Assembly: GCA_041623895.1 (NCBI GenBank)
Contig: JBFJVZ010000213.1
Span: forward strand, 1 to 12,502
DNA length: 12,502 nt
DNA from: Pirellulaceae bacterium
GTDB lineage: Bacteria > Planctomycetota > Planctomycetia > Pirellulales > Pirellulaceae
Direction of reading: 5' to 3'
The notes beneath the pieces are model-generated. The model was given only the letters and a program-made list of their open reading frames with translations. It was not told the DNA's origin and did no database searches. The position numbers and the translations under genes were made by a program. Below, piece by piece: positions 1-7,200 of the stretch. Every line of letters begins with the position of its first letter. The stretch's first letter is position 1.

Positions 1-583
1 CCGGGACGTGTTGCTCCAGGCTGCCAGGGCGGGTCGTGATACGGGCCCCGGGTTTAATCTTCAACTGCGAAAAGCACTCAAGGATTGGCCGGTCATCGTG
101 GCTCGCTGGCGTCTGATGTGTCATGACTTGAATTACGGATTTGATTGGTCGCGCGAACGAGTCGACTTGTCGATGAAGGACCAGCTTTGGGGTGGCAACA
201 AGAAATCTTTCAAGCAAAAGATCCGAGCCGATCGCGGTTGGCAGAGCCTTGGCGTGCGGCTCGCGCCCGGAACAAGACTGACGATCAAAGCAACGGGACA
301 GACAATTCTTGCCAGTGAGCCGAAACCGTGGATCAGCGAGTCACAAGGGATTACTTTTCGCTATCACCGTGGCCGGCCCCTGGGACAATTACTGGCGGTG
401 CTGGTCCCCAATGTTTCGCCGGACGTGGAAATGTTGCCTGATCTGAAAGTGTTGGCAATCACGGACACGGCATTGCAAATCAAACAACATTGCTGGTTAT
501 TGTTTCGCGTCAACGATTACGTCGCTGAATTGGCCGATAATCAGGGGGCTTACGACATCGAAGTCAGCAAGAGCGATCGTTGA
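1..583 (+). CDS. 3' portion of an uncharacterised protein; the N-terminus lies outside the window (frame is open to position 2, stop TGA ends at 583)
   Basis: Frame 2 is open from the first base to a TGA at 581-583 (ORF track 8..583 begins at an internal GTG). The translation (…WGGNKKSFKQKIRADRGWQSLGVRLAPGTRLTIKATGQTIL…LLFRVNDYVAELADNQGAYDIEVS) looks like a beta-strand-rich globular domain. I recognise no family. It converges on the 3' end of the minus-strand transporter gene. Confidence 0.5.
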   Translation, partial: RDVLLQAARAGRDTGPGFNLQLRKALKDWPVIVARWRLMCHDLNYGFDWSRERVDLSMKDQLWGGNKKSFKQKIRADRGWQSLGVRLAPGTRLTIKATGQTILASEPKPWISESQGITFRYHRGRPLGQLLAVLVPNVSPDVEMLPDLKVLAITDTALQIKQHCWLLFRVNDYVAELADNQGAYDIEVSKSDR

Positions 584-589
584 CTTCCG

Positions 590-619
590 CTACGAACGAG
601 CATGCCTTCATCTTCGTAG
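590..619. terminator. Weak hairpin between convergent genes (7-bp stem ctacgaa/ttcgtag, 16-nt loop containing palindrome gcatgc); candidate bidirectional terminator
   Basis: Seen directly: 590-596 ctacgaa is the reverse complement of 613-619 ttcgtag. It lies in the 65-bp gap between the stop at 583 (+) and the stop at 649 (-). No U-tract follows on either strand, so this is not a canonical intrinsic terminator. Confidence 0.2.
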
Positions 620-648
620 GCTAGCACGGGGGAGAGTGTCCGGCTTGA

Positions 649-2853
649 TTAAGATTCCAACCGCATGCCGCCTGCGCTTTGCACCAGGGCCACTCGCTCT
701 AATCGGCCGACTAAGCTTTCGGTGCGATAAAAAAACTCATCTTCGTTGCCGGGCTCCGGCGGCTGCATGCCCAGAAATACAAATGCCGCGTGGCGGCTGG
801 TCGTTTGAATTGCTGCTGCCGGATCGCTGGAGACAACAACCTTGGTCGTGCCGGTGATTCGAGCTTCTTTCAAAAGCCGATCGAGATGTGAACGGACTTC
901 GTCGATACCAGCTTCTTTTTCAACTACCCGCAACAAACGTAACCGGCGGCCTCGCCAATCGGGATGAGCCAACATCAAGTGCGCCAGCAGCACCATCAAT
1001 TCACCATTGGCACGTCCTCGCCACCAAACGTCGACCGTTCCCGGAGGTGCGGCCCAGTCGTCTTCGGGTTCGTCGGTGCGTCGCAAAACGACCACACTGC
1101 GTCCCAGTTGAGCCAGGTTACGCAGCAGTCCAGCGAAGACTCGCATCCGCTCCACCGTCATCGGAAAACCCAACAGTATTGTGTTCGGTCGCAGTCGACC
1201 CAGACCCTGACATTGAACCAGCGCCTCGATGCCGACCGTATAATCAGCGGCCACCACCAAGGCGGGAAAAGCACTCAGCGAGCGTTCCTTGATCATGGCA
1301 TGCAAAATCTTTTCCTGTGCCTGGCGACGTTCCCCGTGATCGTCCAGATCTCCCGAGATGACTTGTCCCAAAGTCAACACACCGGTCTCCGACGTTAACC
1401 AGCTACCGAAGACGACAAGATGCGGACGTGAGAATCCGGTCCCGCTGAGGGCCAGCACAAAGGGCCGCCAATTCTTGGGATGATAAAGCTGATCCTCCAG
1501 CTTCAGCAGGTTCTGGCGGGTCCGCTCGAACAACAATCCGCTGCCCAAGTCACCCCAGCTAGCGGTCAAGTCAGCACGGCTGAGATACCAATGAAGCACG
1601 CCCACGATGCTGGTCGCCACCAAAGCCCATCGCCAATCGATCAACAGCATGACGAGCCCGCATCCGATCGCGCCGGCCAACGATGTCGACCAATGACAGT
1701 AACGAAATTGTGGACGATAACTGGGGTTGTTGGTGATCGCTTCGTAAAACGTAGCCAGGTTCAAAAGGCCGTAAGTCACCAAGAATGCCATCGTGATCAG
1801 CGGCGCGATCGAGTTCAGATCGGCTAACAAGATGCCGGCTTCCGCGATCAAAAACGTGACGATGATCGCGCGGCGGGGCTCATTTTCGGGCCCGGAGCCG
1901 GCGCCGAGTTTGTCGAGTGGACGAAACAGCCGATCGCGGGCCAGCGATTGAAGAATCCGCGGTGCACCCATCATGCTGCCCAGCGCCGATGAGAGCGTCG
2001 CGGCAAATACTCCGGCTGCGATCAGTGCCGGCAGCAGCGCGATGTCGGCAATGATCAAGTTGTCGCTGATCAACAATTCACGGTCTCGCGAACCAGCCAG
2101 GAAAATCGCTTGCGTGACGTACACCAGTCCCGTCACAACAACGGCGGAAAGCGTGCCCAATGGAATTGAACTGGCCGGATCCTTCAAATCTCCCGACATG
2201 TTCGCGCCGGCCATGATCCCCGTCACCGCAGGAAAAAACAACGCGAACATCGTCCAGAATGTTTCGCCGTCGTATCCCGGTCCAATGTTGGCAGTGAGTT
2301 GTGCAACGTCAAAGTCCTGCCAGGCACCGATATAAAAACTAAATAGCGATGCGACGACCGTCGCCAGAATCACATACTGGACTTTGATTGTCCAACCGGC
2401 GCCGATTCCGACACAAAGACAAACCGCAAGATTGGTAATCGAGGCCACCAGGATCGGAGACGTGCCGGTGGGCAGATACGCCAACATAGCTTCGCTGAAT
2501 CCAATCACATACATCGCCACCGACAGCGCTTGAGCGGCGAAGAACAGGATACCTATCGCGCCGCCGAACTCCGGTCCCAAACTGCGGCTGATCAGAAAGT
2601 ACGCGCCGCCGCCTTCCACCCGCGTGTTGGTGGCAATCGCCGACAATGACAATGACGTCAGCACCGTGATCAATTTGCTGGCCAGCACGATCAGCAACGC
2701 GTACCACACGCCGGCTTGGCCGACCACGTAGCCGAACCGCAGGAACATGATCACGCCCAGGATGGTCAGCGTGCACGGTGTGAACACGCCCCCGAACGTG
2801 CCGAATTGATTGCCTTTGTCGATCCGTTCGATCTGGCTCATGGATTCTGTCAT
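649..2853 (-). CDS. Cation-chloride cotransporter (SLC12/CCC family, APC superfamily) homolog: ~12-TM permease core plus a ~270-aa cytoplasmic C-terminal domain
   Basis: Hallmark CCC/SLC12 signature 'NTRVEGGGAYFLISRSLGPEFGGAIGILFFAAQALSVAMYVIGF' near the N-terminus. Many hydrophobic segments follow, then a soluble C-terminal region (…LGQVISGDLDDHGERRQAQEKILHAMIKERSLSAFPALVVAADYTVGIEALVQ…) typical of the CCC regulatory C-domain. Stop TAA is at 649-651. The ORF track starts at a TTG (2892); I prefer the in-frame ATG at 2851-2853 (MTESMSQIERIDKG…), which leaves a 74-bp intergenic region containing a hairpin. Confidence 0.8.
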   Translation of the reverse strand: MTESMSQIERIDKGNQFGTFGGVFTPCTLTILGVIMFLRFGYVVGQAGVWYALLIVLASKLITVLTSLSLSAIATNTRVEGGGAYFLISRSLGPEFGGAIGILFFAAQALSVAMYVIGFSEAMLAYLPTGTSPILVASITNLAVCLCVGIGAGWTIKVQYVILATVVASLFSFYIGAWQDFDVAQLTANIGPGYDGETFWTMFALFFPAVTGIMAGANMSGDLKDPASSIPLGTLSAVVVTGLVYVTQAIFLAGSRDRELLISDNLIIADIALLPALIAAGVFAATLSSALGSMMGAPRILQSLARDRLFRPLDKLGAGSGPENEPRRAIIVTFLIAEAGILLADLNSIAPLITMAFLVTYGLLNLATFYEAITNNPSYRPQFRYCHWSTSLAGAIGCGLVMLLIDWRWALVATSIVGVLHWYLSRADLTASWGDLGSGLLFERTRQNLLKLEDQLYHPKNWRPFVLALSGTGFSRPHLVVFGSWLTSETGVLTLGQVISGDLDDHGERRQAQEKILHAMIKERSLSAFPALVVAADYTVGIEALVQCQGLGRLRPNTILLGFPMTVERMRVFAGLLRNLAQLGRSVVVLRRTDEPEDDWAAPPGTVDVWWRGRANGELMVLLAHLMLAHPDWRGRRLRLLRVVEKEAGIDEVRSHLDRLLKEARITGTTKVVVSSDPAAAIQTTSRHAAFVFLGMQPPEPGNEDEFFYRTESLVGRLERVALVQSAGGMRLES

Positions 2854-2868
2854 CCTGACGTGCTTAAC

Positions 2869-2923
2869 GTAGGCCAGGAACTGTCCCGGCAAAGCTGCGA
2901 TGCCAGGAAAGATCCTGGCCTAC
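2869..2923 (-). promoter_or_regulatory. Perfect 10-bp inverted repeat (gtaggccagg … cctggcctac) with a 35-nt loop in the TatD–transporter intergenic region; candidate RNA stem-loop (attenuator, processing or stability element) in the 5' leader of the cotransporter gene
   Basis: Seen directly: 2869-2878 gtaggccagg is the reverse complement of 2914-2923 cctggcctac. The loop contains a third partial copy (tgccaggaaa, 2901-2910). On the minus-strand transcript the stem sits 5 nt after the TatD stop (2928) and 15 nt before the ATG at 2853. There is no U-tract, so it is not a classical intrinsic terminator. Confidence 0.35.
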
Positions 2924-2927
2924 ATTC

Positions 2928-3767
2928 CTAGCCGCCGCTGGCTGGCTGGTAGCCGGCATCGCGAGGTGTGAATTGAAAGTTGCGGCTGTTAGCAAAGAAC
3001 GCCAGCGGATTTTCGTATACCACTTTGCGAATCAACGCTTCGCTATGCCCGCGGCGACGCATCTCGAAGATCAAATCGGGTACGGCCGTCGGCTTGCTCG
3101 GCCCCCAGTCGCCCGCCGAATTCGGCATCAAGCGATCAGCACCATACGTCTCAATCATGTCCACGGCTCGCTCGGGCGTGCACTTGGTGACTGGGTAAAG
3201 CGTCATGCCCGCCCAAAATCCACGATCAAGCACTTCGGCAATCGTATGCTCTTCAACATGATCGACCAGCACACGTGAACGATCGACTCGCGCGTCGTCG
3301 CACAACATATCCAGGATCATTCGCGTCCCCTGATACTTGTCCTCCAAGTGCGGCGTATGAATCAAAATCGGCTGCTCATGGTTGACGGCAAGATCAACGT
3401 GCTCCAGGAAAATGGTCGCCTCATTCTTGGTATTTTTATTCAAACCGATTTCGCCGATGCCCAGCACGTTTGGGCAATCCAGGAATTCTGGAATCATCGC
3501 GATCACTTCGCGCGAGAGCGAAACGTTTTCCGCTTCTTTGGCGTTGATGCACAGCCAGGTGTAATGCTGGATACCGAAATTGGCGGCACGCTTCGGTTCC
3601 ACCTCGGTCAATTGTCGAAAATAGTCTCGAAACCCGTCAACGCTGCCGCGATCAAAACCGGCCCAAAAGGCAGGCTCGCTCATCGCCACGCAGCCCATCC
3701 GAGCCAACGTGGCGTAGTCGTCCGTAATCCGAGACACCATGTGAATGTGCGGGTCGATGTAATCCAT
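2928..3767 (-). CDS. TatD-family metal-dependent hydrolase (TIM-barrel amidohydrolase superfamily; putative Mg/Zn-dependent DNase/hydrolase)
   Basis: 279 aa. N-terminal 'MDYIDPHIHM' matches the TatD 'hDxHxHh' metal-binding motif. 'PILIHTPH' (His-rich strand) and 'IGEIGLN' match the conserved TatD 'IGEIGLD' strand. ATG is at 3765-3767 and the TAG stop at 2928-2930. Confidence 0.7.
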   Translation of the reverse strand: MDYIDPHIHMVSRITDDYATLARMGCVAMSEPAFWAGFDRGSVDGFRDYFRQLTEVEPKRAANFGIQHYTWLCINAKEAENVSLSREVIAMIPEFLDCPNVLGIGEIGLNKNTKNEATIFLEHVDLAVNHEQPILIHTPHLEDKYQGTRMILDMLCDDARVDRSRVLVDHVEEHTIAEVLDRGFWAGMTLYPVTKCTPERAVDMIETYGADRLMPNSAGDWGPSKPTAVPDLIFEMRRRGHSEALIRKVVYENPLAFFANSRNFQFTPRDAGYQPASGG

Positions 3768-3824
3768 AACTTCTGAGTGAGTGTTTGAACGGGAGGATCG
3801 AAACAGGACTTACCAAGGGCAGTT

Positions 3825-4091
3825 TCAAATCTGCATTTCTTGTCGCCAAGTCGACTCGTACTGGCGGGAAAACAACAATTGCAATCTTTCCGCGCGATCA
3901 GGCCCTTCGCTCAATAGCAAGCGGATCGCCTCGTCCAGCTTCTTGCGACGATCAATCGAACCGTCCGAAAGTGGCGAGCCTTCGTCAGCAGAGCGGTCGA
4001 TACGATCCAGGGTGGCGGCGATTTCCAACAGCTTAGCGCGAACCTCCAAAAACGTTTCATCTAGGATCGCGTCTGCAGGGCGACTGGTCAT
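3825..4091 (-). CDS. Small hypothetical protein (88 aa, charged/helical: MTSRPADAILDETFLEVRAKLLEIAATLDRIDRSADEG…)
   Basis: ATG at 4089-4091. The ORF track extends it to 4268, but that N-terminal extension (MLVTLSSHSPNGISPRIELAEFGDSVGP…) is low-complexity and overlaps the repeat-rich region downstream of the giant gene. A TATAAT hexamer sits 37 nt upstream of the 4091 start. It ends 57 bp upstream of the TatD start and I recognise no family. Confidence 0.4.
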   Translation of the reverse strand: MTSRPADAILDETFLEVRAKLLEIAATLDRIDRSADEGSPLSDGSIDRRKKLDEAIRLLLSEGPDRAERLQLLFSRQYESTWRQEMQI

Positions 4092-4127
4092 AACAGAACT
4101 CGCGGATAGGTGCCGAAAACAAGCTCC

Positions 4128-4133
4128 ATTATA
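4128..4133 (-). promoter_or_regulatory. Candidate -10 element (perfect TATAAT on minus strand) 37 nt upstream of the small ORF start at 4091
   Basis: Plus strand 4128-4133 'attata' gives minus-strand TATAAT. No convincing -35 sits at 17±1 spacing (nearest is TTGCCA, too close). Promoter consensus for this lineage is uncertain. Confidence 0.2.
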
Positions 4134-4230
4134 GGCCAGCTTTGGCAAACTAGCCATGATGCCATGATTGGGCCGGAAGGAAGCGGGCCCGACACTGTCG
4201 CCGAACTCTGCGAGTTCGATCCTCGGTGAA

Positions 4231-4290
4231 ATCCCATTCGGAGAATGGGACGACAGTGTCACCAACATCCCATGCGGAGAATTGGACGAC
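4231..4290. repeat. Imperfect direct repeat, 2 copies of ~24 bp (atcccatTcggagaatGggacgac / atcccatGcggagaatTggacgac), 36 bp centre-to-centre, immediately 3' of the giant gene stop; copy 1 contains the palindrome cattc-gga-gaatg
   Basis: Seen directly: 4233-4254 and 4269-4290 match at 20/22 positions, and the match extends 2 nt further left (atccc). The region also holds a nested inverted repeat, cgacactgtcg (4190-4200) / cgacagtgtc (4251-4260), and a hairpin, cgaact-ctgcg-agttcg (4202-4218). Confidence 0.45.
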
Positions 4291-4295
4291 TTTGG

Positions 4296-7200
4296 CTAAC
4301 CTGGCTGGTCATCGGAGGCGCTGTCAAACGTTTTTTCGATCTGCTGGTAATTCGCCAGCATCGAATCCAACTGGGCACGCAGGCGATCGAGGTCGCGACC
4401 GTTGTCGATCGCTTCGGCCAATAGCGGCCGCAACCATTCTTGCATGAGGTGAAACTGACCTTTAACAAGGTCGGCCAGGACCCGCGGCACCTTGTGCTGC
4501 ACGAATACTTTTTGGTCGGGCGGTTCGGCGCTGGCTTGCTGCTCGGCGATTCTTTCCAGTTGCCGGCCGGTAGCTTGAAGTTTCTCAGCCAACTCCGATC
4601 CCGTGACGGTCAAACTATGACGCAGCGAATCGATCCGCGCGTCCATCCGCTCCTCCGCACCTTCGTCACCGACCGCGATGGCCCGCGAGATGACTTGCCG
4701 GATCGACTCTAAGCCGTCTCGCATGGACGCTAACTGGCGCATCAATTGGGCTGCCTGGTCTTCGTTGTCCATGCCCGCCATGCGGACGCTTTCGACGAAG
4801 GCGTACTTGATCGCGTCCCAACGCTGTTGTTCTTCCGCCGTCAGAATGCCCATCAATTCTTTGAACTTTAGCACATTGGCTTCGTTGTCAGTCGTCAACG
4901 TTTGCGCATCTTGTTCGTAATTGCTGATGATCAACGACTGCAATTCGGCCTCGTTCATGACACTGGCAACACGCTCGGCAATGCGGTTCATGTTGCGGTA
5001 GCTACCCTGTAACTTGAAGGGCGGTTCGGTGCGGTACGTGTCGGCTTGTGCGGCGCTACGGATATAAGTCCGATTGACTCGCAGGACCACATCGCGAACC
5101 CGAATTAGCTTGCGAGTCACTTCGTACATGTCGCGGACCTGATCCATGGAAAAATTGCTTTGCAGCTCCAGCCCCTCCATCGTGTCGCGTTCGGCGGCCC
5201 GGATCACGGCGCGAGCATCCTCCGGCGGCGCGGTCGACAGCGGAGCCAGCGTGGGGTTGCTGGTCAAGCAGTTTTCCAAATAACTCATCTCGAAAGCATC
5301 GGCGGCGTCACCGATGATTTCACCCAAGTTGTAGACGTCCGCACGATTGGACAGCATGTCAGGAATTTGAAATCGTTCACCGCTTTCAGTGTAGGGATTG
5401 CCCGCCATCACGACCGCGACCCGGCGTCCGCGCAAGTCATACGTTCGCGTCTTGCCGTTGCGGACGCCTTCGATCTTTCGCGTTGCATCACACAGCGAGA
5501 TGAATTTCTGTAGCAATTCCGGATGAGTGTGCTGGATGTCGTCCAAATACAACATCATGTTGTCGCCCATTTCCAGGGCAAGATTCAAACGCTCGATTTC
5601 TTCCCGTGCTGCCGCATTGGGCGCTTCGGCCGGATCCAGCGACGTGACACCATGTCCAATCGCAGGGCCGTTGATCTTCATGAAGACAACGCCCAAGCGA
5701 TTGGCGATGTATTCCATCAGCGTGGTCTTCCCGTAGCCGGGCGGCGAAATCAGCAGCAACAGTCCCATACGATCAGTACGCTTGTCTTCACCGGCCGCGC
5801 CCATCTGCTTGGCCAAGTTATCGCCGACCAGCGGCAGGTACACTTCATCGATCAGGCGGTTGCGAACAAAACTGGTCAATACGCGCGGTTTGAATTCATC
5901 CAACCGCATTTCTTCGCGCGACTGGTCAACAATCCGGTTTTTCGTTTCATGTAATTCCCGGAAACGGGGCACGACGTCTTCACGGTAGCGGCGGACGCGC
6001 CTCAGTAATTCGTGGTAGTGGATGACGTATTTGCCTTTGTTGATCCGGGGATGGCTGCCCGCCAAACCTTCCAACGTGCCGGCCACGGAGGCGTCCGCGA
6101 TACGCATGGCGGATGTGCCGCCCGCCTGGATGATCCAGGCCAGTTCATCCGCATAATATTCAGCTGGATCAGCTTCGTCGTGCCTGCCATGAGTTTGCAA
6201 AAACGCGTTTGCCCAGTTACGAGCCAGTATGAACGCTTTGACCGGATCGGCATCGGCCGTTTTGATCGCTTGCGTCAGCAATTTGTCGCGGTCTGCTTCG
6301 GGGATCGCCGCTAAAAATTCATCAAACAGCCTGGCCGCTTTGCCGCTGCAAACCGGTTTGCGGGGTGTGGCGATCAACTGGTCAAACAAGTAGCCGGCGA
6401 TTCGCTCGGCAGACACATCGCGGCCGAAAACTGGCTGCCAAAGATTACGATCGACCTCAGCCAACTCGGCCAGCCGACTGCGAAATTCGACGGCAGGCTG
6501 AGCTTTGGGATACGCTTTTGCAAGTTTTGCGAAGCCACCGATCCAATCGGTCATTGCTTTCCGATCCTTTGCCGCCAGCAATCGGCCATACCACAGCTGG
6601 GAAGCGGCTCGCAGCGAAGGCGGATGTCGCAATAAGTCAATCATCCCGTCAATCTCCAGCAAAGACTTCAGGATTGCCGCTGTGTCTTGATCGTGAACGC
6701 CCTTGGCATAACCTTCATCAAATCGTCCGGCGATCTGGGTTTGCACCCAAGCTGCGTCAAGCTTGGCGGGGTCCGTCGGTAGTTCAGGATGCTCGAACAA
6801 ATCGATGGCCAGGAATTCGGCGCGATAAACGTCTTGGTTCTCGCTGACCAGTTCTTGATTCCAGAGATCCTTAGCGGCGCAGAGGGCTTCGTCGCTCAAT
6901 GGCTGAAAATACTGCGTTCCCGTCAGGTGCAAACACATGGCGCCATCGCGAACGACGGTTGTCAGATCTAAGGGCTGCGTATTGACGGCAAATCGCTTGT
7001 CACCCAAGCGAATCACATCGCCACCGTCTTCATACAGATCTTGCCGATCTTTCAGCTGTCGGGTTGCGTCTTCCCGAATCGTTTTGAGTCGACTTTGCAG
7101 GTCACCCACGCGAACGGCATCATCCAGCTCGCCGAGCTGCGTGATGATGTCGCGAATCTTTTCGACCATCAGATCGCCGGCAAAGTACGCGGCGATTTCG

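Noticed and set aside
636-2335. Plus-strand ORFs 636..857, 888..1292, 964..1398, 1480..1827, 1973..2335 and minus-strand 2339..2776 inside the cotransporter gene
   Set aside because: Antisense or off-frame to the SLC12-homolog ORF, which carries a diagnostic motif. Pro/Arg/Ser-rich low-complexity translations.
2854-2892. TTG start at 2892 giving a 13-aa N-terminal extension (MPGQFLAYVKHVR) of the transporter
   Set aside because: The extension is encoded by the arms and loop of a perfect inverted repeat. The in-frame ATG at 2853 gives a more plausible start. Kept as an alternative in the findings.
4202-4226. tRNA T-arm-like motif (cgag-TTCGATC-ctcg) suggesting a tRNA gene or tRNA-derived att remnant
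   Set aside because: No matching acceptor stem, D-arm or anticodon arm can be built on either strand. It is only a 4-bp stem and the GTTCGATCC-like loop is probably coincidental.
4231-4290. Possible mini-CRISPR or other repeat array
   Set aside because: Only two imperfect copies, no additional spacer-repeat units, and no cas genes in the window.
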